Positions 8,703 through 17,401 of a stretch of 64,000 nucleotides of DNA are shown one piece after another. The stretch lies in NCBI GenBank assembly GCA_011364965.1, contig RDOB01000002.1, positions 192,001 through 256,000 of the forward strand, given 5' to 3'. The first letter of the stretch is position 1, and every line of letters begins with the position of its first letter. The position numbers and the translations under genes were made by a program. A model generated the notes under the pieces. That model saw nothing but the letters and a program-made list of their open reading frames with translations. It was not told where the DNA came from and did not search any database. The DNA is from Candidatus Heimdallarchaeota archaeon. Lineage in GTDB: Archaea > Asgardarchaeota > Heimdallarchaeia > Hodarchaeales > Hodarchaeaceae.

Positions 8703-9764
8703 TTAATCAGGAAACGTTGTCCAGTTAAGAAATATCTCAATTAACTTAATTCTCATATTGATTTCATTTTCTAAACCTGATTCGCCGCCAAAAAAATCAG
8801 TCATATTCAAAATATTCAATATACTCATTAATATCATTATTGCCATATGAAAATGAAGGGGAACATAATTACCTGTATAATAGGAGTTTAATGAGTGGTG
8901 TTTAAGAGCCAATATTTCATTATAACCTGCGAGAAATGAATTCATATTCAATTTCAAACGGGTTAAATTTTGATCTTGCCTGTATATATCGACAGCTTCA
9001 ACAGCGAAGAAGTTACAAATATCTTCTAATCTATCGTGCTCAGTAGTTGTATCTAGGTATTCTGGATCAATTAAATGAGTATGAATCATAGGATTTCGGC
9101 CAATTCTCAAATCAAATATTACATTCCCTGGATGAAAATCACCGAATGTAACGGATCCTGAATCTTTCGAGATATCTTCAACTGTTCTTATCCTTCTATT
9201 AAAGATATCATTTAAACTACTTTTCTTATTCTGATCTATTGGCATTGATTCAATGCTTCTCGAGATCAGTAACTTATATTTCTCGAACCAGCATCTATTG
9301 GATTTATATCCATGAAATGCAGCTATACTTCTTCCTGCATATCTATATTTTTGCGGTCTTGGGATCCTTGAATCTCTAAAAACATCTCCTTGTATTCCTT
9401 CCATGACAACAACACCTCTAGAAAAGAATATAACACCCACTGAAGATATTCCTTGTGCTTTGTATGGAGAGAGTCTTGATTCAAGTGTATTTATCTTTTT
9501 AACTAAATCTAGCGCAATGTTGGAAGCCTCATAAATCTTAACCGCAATACTCGCTTCATCCATTCCTAGATCTGATTCCAACTTCACTTTTACGATATGA
9601 ATACCAGTTGCTCCGAGTTTTTTCTCTACTGTTATGTCTTTGACCTCAACGGAGCTTGGAGTTTTCTTGTAAGTATTTTCAACGCAAGAAACGAAATAAT
9701 CTGAAAATCCCTCGATAATTCGTCTTAGAACCTGTTGCATTCTTGTTGAAGGTGTTGATTCCAT
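8703..9764 (-). CDS. Protein-kinase-like phosphotransferase (APH/choline kinase family)
   Basis: IAVKIY, VVMEGI, FGDFHPGNVIF (Brenner-type motif), LIDPE. Confidence 0.8.
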   Translation of the reverse strand: MESTPSTRMQQVLRRIIEGFSDYFVSCVENTYKKTPSSVEVKDITVEKKLGATGIHIVKVKLESDLGMDEASIAVKIYEASNIALDLVKKINTLESRLSPYKAQGISSVGVIFFSRGVVVMEGIQGDVFRDSRIPRPQKYRYAGRSIAAFHGYKSNRCWFEKYKLLISRSIESMPIDQNKKSSLNDIFNRRIRTVEDISKDSGSVTFGDFHPGNVIFDLRIGRNPMIHTHLIDPEYLDTTTEHDRLEDICNFFAVEAVDIYRQDQNLTRLKLNMNSFLAGYNEILALKHHSLNSYYTGNYVPLHFHMAIMILMSILNILNMTDFFGGESGLENEINMRIKLIEIFLNWTTFPD

Positions 9765-9849
9765 TCAGATCCTCAGAGTAAAATTTGCACAACTAGCTAA
9801 TAAATTTATTTAAATTCTCTGTATTTATGTCAATGGGTGTAGATTCTCC

Positions 9850-10392
9850 TTGATTTTATCTAACAAAGACATACTTAGTGCAATGGAAGCACAAGAGATA
9901 GTTATTTCTCCGTTTGATAGTAGTGCAATTGGTCCATGTTCTGTTGATTTGCATTTAGGAAGTTCTTTTCTCGTTTTTCGGCATGGAACACTTTTTCGTC
10001 CAAATCAACCAGAATCTATATTAAAAAATACTGAAATGGTTCAAACTGAAGGTGAACCTTTTTTATTATCTCCCAATCAATTTGTATTAGCTAGTACGAA
10101 AGAGAAAATTTCTATCTCACGAAATCTAGCTGCTACCTTGGAGGGTAAATCCTCAATTGCTAGATTAGGAATTGTTGTTCATGCAGCTGGTTTAGTGAAT
10201 CCTGGAACAGGGTTGAAATCGCCAACTACTCTAACGCTTGAAATTTCTCAGCAAGCTAATTCCACTGTTGAATTGGAGCCAGGTATGCCTATTATTCAAA
10301 TAATTTTTCACAGACTCACTTCAGAAGCAACTATCGGATATGATGATCGTTCTTCTAGTAAGTATATCGGTCTAGACGCTCCTAAAGTATAA
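9850..10392 (+). CDS. dcd: dCTP deaminase
   Basis: MILS, SVDLHLG, EGKSSIARLG, TLE, PIIQIIF, SKY. Confidence 0.88.
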   Translation: MILSNKDILSAMEAQEIVISPFDSSAIGPCSVDLHLGSSFLVFRHGTLFRPNQPESILKNTEMVQTEGEPFLLSPNQFVLASTKEKISISRNLAATLEGKSSIARLGIVVHAAGLVNPGTGLKSPTTLTLEISQQANSTVELEPGMPIIQIIFHRLTSEATIGYDDRSSSKYIGLDAPKV

Positions 10393-10401
10393 TTATTAAA
10401 T

Positions 10402-12882
10402 TCATGATGCAAATCTTCTTTTTGAGTAAAGTAATGCAATCAAGAATAAAGGAAAAATCGTTCCAATCAAGACAAAAGTCACTAGCTTTTCAGGATCCGT
10501 TATGGTTCGTTGGGGGGTTGCAGTTTTTAACTCCCCTTCTGCTAACCAAGCTATTGAATTAAAAGCTAAAATTTGATTATTTTCTGAGTCCCCAAAATAA
10601 GCAATGGGCGAAAAACCAATATTATCAAATATGATATCCGAACCAAATAATAAGATTTTTCCACCCTCGGGATTTGAATAAGAAACCAAAGTCGGATTTC
10701 CGCTATATTCAGCTAATATTGATGTGTGAGAACCTGATATTTGGAGAAAGTTTCCTCTGAATGGAAATTTTACAATATTGCTAGTGAAATTAGTCAAATA
10801 TGTAATTTCACTATCGATTAGAGACGAAATATAATTTGAAGTCACTTGTAATCCGAACGGGGAGAGAAATTTATTGAGATTGACTCTATCAAAATATCCA
10901 TTTTGTGTGTTTAGTATTAAAACTCCTCCTCCAATGGAGATATAATCTCGAATCGCATCAGCTGTTTTCTCAGACATTTTCAGATAGTTATTATTTGGAT
11001 TATATGTCCAGTCCATGTAGATATCTGATTTATTGGAAAAAGGGTTTGCTAAAATTAAGCAGTCATAATTTCGGAGTTTGGAGATTGTTAAATCCCCCTT
11101 GATATGTGGGGTCACGCTGTAGTTGTTTTCATATGCCAGTAATCTAGTAAGATTCGAGAACATACCGATTGTAGAGGAAGAGTCTCCCATTATTTCAAAC
11201 GCATCTGTTCCATATCCATGACGTGCTATTCGATTTAGTGATTCGTCAAATAGGACTCGATGAATGGGTTCTCTTATTTGAAATTCTATTGGAAAACTGG
11301 TTGATCCAATGGATACATTGAACGAGATTATTGTTTCTTCAGCAGAATTAGGTATAGAAAAGTTAAATTCCATTAATTTCGTTCCATTTTTTATATTCAG
11401 CAAATTCTTCGTATTTAAATACTGATTATAAGCTTTTGGAACCTCTATTGTAATTTCTGAATTAGAACTTTGAATTATACTAAGGTTAAAAGCGACAGAG
11501 CTTCCTTTAAATAGGATTTCATAGGGGTCAATCGGTAATTTCTGAGGATGAAAGTAAGAGAACTCTGGAGGATTTGTAGTTAAAGGCATTTGTTTTAAAA
11601 ATTCTAATGATCTTGATAAGTTAATAAATCCTGCTCCTTCTTCCCAAATTGCTTCCCCTATCGATTGAGCACCTTGCATCAATGCAGCTTTTATAGTTCC
11701 TGCAGTATAAGGTTGATTAATGGATTTTAAATAATCGATTAATAATGCAGCACCTCCAGCAACAATTGGCGCTGCCATTGAAGTTCCTGATTTTGTTGTA
11801 TACCCCGAAGCAACATTACTTGGTCCAATAAGGGATGTTCCAGGAGCGGTGATATCTGGTTTCATAGAATAATCTACTTTTGGCCCGTGTGATGAGAAAT
11901 CTGCGATCTTATTACAATCAGAATTTGTAGCTGCTACTGAAATGCTTTGTAAAGATGTTCCAGGATTATTTAAAGTTCCTCTATCTCCAAATGCCGTACC
12001 AGAATTGCCTGCAGACACAGTTACAACTATATTATACATCAGGCTGATATAGTTGAGAATTTCATCTCTTATTCCCCCATTCAAGTTGTGGTATTGACCA
12101 ATTGATAGATTGATGACATCCACCGAATTAGCTACCAGAAAATCAATCGCTGAAAGAACTCCAGCTGTCGTTTCCTCTCCCCCGCCATTTCCTGCTCCAA
12201 GAACTGAGAACGTATGAATTATTTTAGCACTATAAATTTCCGATTCAGGAGCAATTCCAGTAGTAGTACCTGCAGCTAATCCCGCAACATGAGTGCCATG
12301 ACCATGCGCATCCTCTGCGGAAAAAATATCCTCAGAGTATCCATTTATTGTATTAACAAAGACTTCTCGGGACTTTACCCTTTCTCCTAGCTCAATTGGA
12401 TGAGAGTAAACCCCCGTATCAACGATTCCGATCTTGGCGCGCTGCCCTTTTATATTTTGACTGTGAAGATAGCTAGCGAAAGTTAAATCTCGGATATGCT
12501 CTGAAATAATCTTCATAGAACTAATGTTCTCTTCAATTGTGTTTTTGTACCCGATCAACTGCTGATTAAGCTCACTATGAGCAATTTGAGACGAATAATT
12601 CTTATAGAATGCAATCTTCTCTTCTGTTGTGTCAAATTTTAGATGAGCTGCAGGAAAATTCTGATAAATGGTGAGAAGAGCTTTCTCTGAATAGATTGAG
12701 TTTGGGACTTTTCCTTTAAATAAACAGATTATATCAAGAAAGTTTTCATTTTTACTATCATAGGTGTTAAATTCTTCTTCAATCCCCATATCTCTATTTG
12801 GAGGAAATAATGAGTTCAAATTCAAGATTATAAGGCTGGGGAGTATCAATAGCAATATTATTTCTCTATAAAGATTTTTCAT
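10402..12882 (-). CDS. Membrane-anchored S8 subtilase with GIFT/DUF4350-like domain (site-1 protease-like architecture)
   Basis: Catalytic DTG, HGTHVAG, GNSG, SGTSMAAP; N-terminal signal; RVLFDES...YDCLILANP...GGGVLIL; C-terminal TM helix with basic tail. Confidence 0.88.
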   Translation of the reverse strand: MKNLYREIILLLILPSLIILNLNSLFPPNRDMGIEEEFNTYDSKNENFLDIICLFKGKVPNSIYSEKALLTIYQNFPAAHLKFDTTEEKIAFYKNYSSQIAHSELNQQLIGYKNTIEENISSMKIISEHIRDLTFASYLHSQNIKGQRAKIGIVDTGVYSHPIELGERVKSREVFVNTINGYSEDIFSAEDAHGHGTHVAGLAAGTTTGIAPESEIYSAKIIHTFSVLGAGNGGGEETTAGVLSAIDFLVANSVDVINLSIGQYHNLNGGIRDEILNYISLMYNIVVTVSAGNSGTAFGDRGTLNNPGTSLQSISVAATNSDCNKIADFSSHGPKVDYSMKPDITAPGTSLIGPSNVASGYTTKSGTSMAAPIVAGGAALLIDYLKSINQPYTAGTIKAALMQGAQSIGEAIWEEGAGFINLSRSLEFLKQMPLTTNPPEFSYFHPQKLPIDPYEILFKGSSVAFNLSIIQSSNSEITIEVPKAYNQYLNTKNLLNIKNGTKLMEFNFSIPNSAEETIISFNVSIGSTSFPIEFQIREPIHRVLFDESLNRIARHGYGTDAFEIMGDSSSTIGMFSNLTRLLAYENNYSVTPHIKGDLTISKLRNYDCLILANPFSNKSDIYMDWTYNPNNNYLKMSEKTADAIRDYISIGGGVLILNTQNGYFDRVNLNKFLSPFGLQVTSNYISSLIDSEITYLTNFTSNIVKFPFRGNFLQISGSHTSILAEYSGNPTLVSYSNPEGGKILLFGSDIIFDNIGFSPIAYFGDSENNQILAFNSIAWLAEGELKTATPQRTITDPEKLVTFVLIGTIFPLFLIALLYSKRRFAS

Positions 12883-12936
12883 TTACATATAACCCATATA
12901 ATCCAAATAGGAACGTTAATATTCAAATAAAGCATG

Positions 12937-13803
12937 TTATAACCATGATAGCACTATTAATAACTTTTTTAGTGAACTATTTTCCAAGCGATGGATTTTT
13001 ACTCCTTTCGATACTTCAAACTGAAAATCTTGTGTTCCTGCAGCTACCCATGGTCCCGAATTCATAAATTTTAACGAAATTTCATGTCTTTGCTCTAATG
13101 TTTCTGCACCACGAATTACATCATCCCCTTGAATAATAATTTGATTTAAACCTTCAATTCCTGAGGTTTCCAAAGAGATTTTAATTTTTAAATCTGTAAG
13201 GGTAATTCTTTGCATGGGATCATCTTTGTACTTGGCAAAGGATTTAATTAAACGAGCTCGAATCGGTTTTTTAATAAATTTATCTTCTTTCGAGATATAC
13301 GGTAGAATTTCATTCTTGAAAAATATCTCACATAAATCAAAAGGTTCCATTAGAACTAATTTCACTGTGGGAAAATAGATAAATCTAAAGCGTTTACGAA
13401 GTGTAGCAATTCTGGATGAAGATTCGGCAATAATAAATGTAGCTTGTTCACTTAGATCTGTACTCGTGATCCTTCCCTTGGCCTTTCCTTCTTCAGTTAC
13501 GTATGGGGTAACATTGAATGATTTTTGCCTATTATACAGATCAACTAACGGCTTAATCCTTTCTACTGAATAAGCTTGCCACCAAACACTAGATAGGTCA
13601 AAATTTTCTGCAACTTTCGTTAAATGTTTGCTTTGAGAAATTTTTAGATCATTTACAATTTCTATTACTTTATCACGATTATCTTCAGATAATAATCCGT
13701 TCGGTTTTAGCTCAAGGGTCTTTTTTTGCCATCTTTCAACAAGGTCTTGAAAAATATAGGTCGGGAGAGACTCCAGATAATCATATTCAGGTTCAAACCC
13801 CAC
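12937..13803 (-). CDS. Hypothetical protein (candidate CENP-N/Chl4-like fold)
   Basis: 288-aa ORF, GTG start with GGTGA SD. The family resemblance is by eye only. Confidence 0.6.
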   Translation of the reverse strand: MGFEPEYDYLESLPTYIFQDLVERWQKKTLELKPNGLLSEDNRDKVIEIVNDLKISQSKHLTKVAENFDLSSVWWQAYSVERIKPLVDLYNRQKSFNVTPYVTEEGKAKGRITSTDLSEQATFIIAESSSRIATLRKRFRFIYFPTVKLVLMEPFDLCEIFFKNEILPYISKEDKFIKKPIRARLIKSFAKYKDDPMQRITLTDLKIKISLETSGIEGLNQIIIQGDDVIRGAETLEQRHEISLKFMNSGPWVAAGTQDFQFEVSKGVKIHRLENSSLKKLLIVLSWL

Positions 13804-13834
13804 TATATCTCACCTTAAATATATAGAATCAAGA

Positions 13835-14425
13835 TTATTTACCAACTTCATCAAAGAAGCTTTGAGCTAAGGCTTTAAAAGCGTCATCTACCTTTAGATT
13901 TTCTTTAGCAGAAGCAGAAATGTGACCAATTGCACCCATACGTTTAGCAAGCGAGTTTCCTTCCTCCTCTTCAACCATGCGATAGTCTTCAAGATCTGAT
14001 TTATTGCCTACTAGAATCGTTTTAATTGCTGATTTTGTTGTATCAGGTTGACTACAAAATTCCATTAATTCTTTATACCAAGGATCCATTATATTTTCAA
14101 GTGTTTCAGCTCTAGTGACATCATAGACAAACATAGCAAGGTGTGCACCTTTGAAAAACATATGACGGATAGCAGCAAAACGCGCTTGTCCCCCAATATC
14201 GTTTATAGAAAGAGTTACGGTTCGTCCATCTTTCAATTTAACCTGTTTAGACGAAATATCCAGCCCTACAGTTAATTGGTAAGAATGTCTAAAACGTGCA
14301 TGGACAAATTGGGATATCAATGAAGTTTTTCCGACTCCAGGGTCACCCAAGAGTACAAGTTTTAGTACTAATTTTTGTTTCATAATTTGAACCCCTGAAC
14401 CACCTGTATATTTATTTGATGACAA
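13835..14425 (-). CDS. Rab-like small GTPase
   Basis: GDPGVGKT, effector T in YQLTVGLD, DIGGQ, FFKGA, VYDVT, NKSD, SAK; no C-terminal Cys. Confidence 0.93.
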   Translation of the reverse strand: MSSNKYTGGSGVQIMKQKLVLKLVLLGDPGVGKTSLISQFVHARFRHSYQLTVGLDISSKQVKLKDGRTVTLSINDIGGQARFAAIRHMFFKGAHLAMFVYDVTRAETLENIMDPWYKELMEFCSQPDTTKSAIKTILVGNKSDLEDYRMVEEEEGNSLAKRMGAIGHISASAKENLKVDDAFKALAQSFFDEVGK

Positions 14426-14653
14426 TTGTATTATTCCTTTTAGGTCTGTCTTTAGCGGACAAAAATTTTTCTAGTCCAAATGTTGAAGGATTAAAAAAGA
14501 AAAAATCCACTAATTAAAATAATTTGGAGAAAGGGAGTCATTGTTCTTTTTTAAACATATCCGATTTTCCTCGCTCAAAGATTCCTTCTTCGAGGCTAAT
14601 TTCGGCAGAGCGGTTATCAATTTTCTCAGAATGTTATGATTTTAATAACTCTC

Positions 14654-15412
14654 TTACCTTTTACGCGTTCGTTGAGTTTTCCATATTTTTCTCATAAATT
14701 CCAGTCTAAAGAAAAATTCTAAACTTAAAAAAATCCATCTAGCAGTATCAATAGAGGGATTGATATATGAATTTCTTTTAGAATTCCCTTTAAGCAAGGA
14801 ATGTTTGTAAATCGTCTTAATTGGGATTTCCTGAATTCTTTTATTTAAAAACCACGCAATGAATAGGATTTCTGTTTCCAAGTCAAATTTATTTTTAGTT
14901 AATCCTCTATTTATGATTTCAAGTAATGCACTACGCTTATAGCATCGAAAACCACATTGTACATCAGAGATGTTCCATCGAAGCCAAAAGGTACACCAAT
15001 GTGAGGTTATTTTATTAGAGAGTCTATTCCGCGCAGGCATTCTATCATAATTACGTTTCCCAACCAAAATATCAACATTTTTTTTGTTTATGATTTGAAA
15101 GAATTGCTCGAAATCTTCAATGCTATGCTGTCCATCTGCGTCAAGGGTAAAAATCCATCTTGCCCAAGGAAATTTGTCCAAAATTATCGGATACGTGTGA
15201 CGTAGTATAAAACCCTTCCCGCTATTATTGGGATTGTGAATGATTTGAATGTTTTTTTCTCTCGCAATTTCTCTGGTATTGTCCGTAGAACCATCATCAG
15301 CTAAAATAATCTGTTTACTGCCAAAATAAAACATAAGTTTTTCTAGCAACTCAGAAAGCCCTTTTGATTCATTATATGCTGGAAGGACTACCAAACTTTT
15401 TTTAATGATCAA
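14654..15412 (-). CDS. GT2 glycosyltransferase, DPM1-like
   Basis: LPAYNE, DDGSTDNT, NSGKG, DADGQH, DVQCGFR, FDLETE. Confidence 0.92.
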   Translation of the reverse strand: MIIKKSLVVLPAYNESKGLSELLEKLMFYFGSKQIILADDGSTDNTREIAREKNIQIIHNPNNSGKGFILRHTYPIILDKFPWARWIFTLDADGQHSIEDFEQFFQIINKKNVDILVGKRNYDRMPARNRLSNKITSHWCTFWLRWNISDVQCGFRCYKRSALLEIINRGLTKNKFDLETEILFIAWFLNKRIQEIPIKTIYKHSLLKGNSKRNSYINPSIDTARWIFLSLEFFFRLEFMRKIWKTQRTRKR

Positions 15413-15993
15413 ATGAAAGCCCCCAAGGCCGATATATCGCAGAATGGGATTTCAAATATTAACAATATTTATCTATTTTTTATCTTAAATAAACCTGTCT
15501 GAAAATTATCGGAATATGATGCCCATTTTCCTAGACTGACGCCTAAAATGATTTGGATACGCATAAATTCAACCTGAAAGAGGATTTATGCTCCTTAAAG
15601 CCAACTGGATATACTGCAGAAGGCAATACAAAATATAAACCATTCAGTGATGTCATAGTCTCACCAAAAAACATATTCTGGGATAAATTAGATAAGATTA
15701 CAGAGCTAATAGGAAAAAAACTTTTTTAATATTGATTAAGCAGATAATTCATATCATTGGAGCTCAGTTATTCCATTTATCTATCCTCAAGAAGAATTTC
15801 TTAATGTTTTTATGTAAATAATGACAAGATTACAATAAATTTCATAAATTAAGAAATTAAAAGGACTAATGGCTTACATTATTCCAGTAATCATGGAATT
15901 CCATATTAAATTACGAAAACTGAATAATTCTCTCAATTAAATTTATTTTACAAAGAAAATTTATTTATTTCATGCAATCAAAGTTGATAGGAA

Positions 15994-16719
15994 ATGCCAG
16001 CAGATAAATCTGTTTCCAAGTATGTTCGTGAAATTCTTGATCAAGATCCGTCACTAGTTCATGAGCTTCAACAAAGGAAAACAGCTCAGCGTGAAATCGC
16101 AAAGAAAATTAAACATCAATTAATTGACAGTGATAATTTTCCAGAAAAAGACCCCGTTAAGCTAGAAGGAAATGTAGCAGTTGCAATCACAAGATATCTA
16201 AAAAGACTTCGCGAACAACAAGAAGAATTACTCGGAGTTAAACGGGTTCAAGATGTTTTAAAGAAAGGCACAACTGAAGTCACAGATGGATTAAAGCATT
16301 ACAAAATTAATTTTCATGAGGAAGCAGAAAGACCTATTGTAGTCAATGAAGTGATTACACAGCTTGAGAGAGAAGAAATAAGCTCTGCAATACTAAACCA
16401 CCAAAGTATTGAATTATATGTTAAGAAAATGTCTGAGAGCACATTTAAAGAGAGTTTAAAAGGAATTAACGAAATAGATGTAATAAAACTTCAAGATTCA
16501 CTCAGTTTGTTAAAATTGGTTCTTCCCAAGAAAGCAGAGGAGATACCAGGAATATTAGCTCATGTTTCATCTTTATTAGCAGATCAGGCAATATCCCTTT
16601 ATGATACAATGGTTCTTCATTCAGATCATTTAATCATAATATTTGTTATAAGCGAACAGCATGCATCTAAAGCCAGAGATATTTTATTAAAACTCAATAA
16701 TGATGTACAAAAAAACTAA
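15994..16719 (+). CDS. ACT-domain protein with helical N-terminus (putative amino-acid-responsive regulator)
   Basis: C-terminal EEIPGILAHVSSLLADQAISLYD...IIFVISEQHASKA ACT pattern. Confidence 0.7.
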   Translation: MPADKSVSKYVREILDQDPSLVHELQQRKTAQREIAKKIKHQLIDSDNFPEKDPVKLEGNVAVAITRYLKRLREQQEELLGVKRVQDVLKKGTTEVTDGLKHYKINFHEEAERPIVVNEVITQLEREEISSAILNHQSIELYVKKMSESTFKESLKGINEIDVIKLQDSLSLLKLVLPKKAEEIPGILAHVSSLLADQAISLYDTMVLHSDHLIIIFVISEQHASKARDILLKLNNDVQKN

Positions 16720-16732
16720 TGAGGTATTAACA

Positions 16733-17374
16733 ATGAAATTAATTATGTTAGGAGCCCCAGGTTCAGGAAAGGGAACCCAAGCTAAATTCATAACTAAAGA
16801 TAGAAATATTCCTCAAATAAGTACTGGAGATCTTTTAAGATCGGCAGTAAAAGCCAATACTGAGTTGGGACGTGAAGCTAAGAAATATATGGATGCAGGT
16901 AAACTTGTACCAGATGATTTAGTTTTGCAACTACTTAAAGAACGCATATCGCAGGATGATTGTGCGAATGGTTTTATCCTTGATGGCTATCCTCGTAATC
17001 TGGCTCAAGCGGAAGAATTGCGAAATATAACAGAGATTGATATGGTTATAAATATTGAAGTTGATTATGGACTTCTAGTAACTAGGATCACAGGAAGAAG
17101 AACATGTAAAAATTGTGGGGCTATTTACCATATAGAATACAGCCCTCCTAATAACCCAGGTATTTGCGATAAATGTTCAGGTGAACTTTACCAGCGTGAT
17201 GATGATACTGAACAAACTGTACGAAAAAGGCTAGATACGTATGAGAAGGAGACCAAACCGTTAATTGATTATTATATAAATAAAAAACTCTTACATACAG
17301 TGATCAGTGATAGTACAATTGAAGCAATGAAATTGAAAGTAATAAATCTTCTGAATGATTACTTTTCTGCTTAA
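16733..17374 (+). CDS. adk: Adenylate kinase (long, Zn-LID type)
   Basis: GAPGSGKGT, ISTGDLLR, LDGYPR, CKNC...CDKC LID, QRDDD; ATG 16733 follows a GAGGT SD. Confidence 0.96.
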   Translation: MKLIMLGAPGSGKGTQAKFITKDRNIPQISTGDLLRSAVKANTELGREAKKYMDAGKLVPDDLVLQLLKERISQDDCANGFILDGYPRNLAQAEELRNITEIDMVINIEVDYGLLVTRITGRRTCKNCGAIYHIEYSPPNNPGICDKCSGELYQRDDDTEQTVRKRLDTYEKETKPLIDYYINKKLLHTVISDSTIEAMKLKVINLLNDYFSA

Positions 17375-17401
17375 ATGGAATTTAAAATCATTTTCTTCTT
17401 T

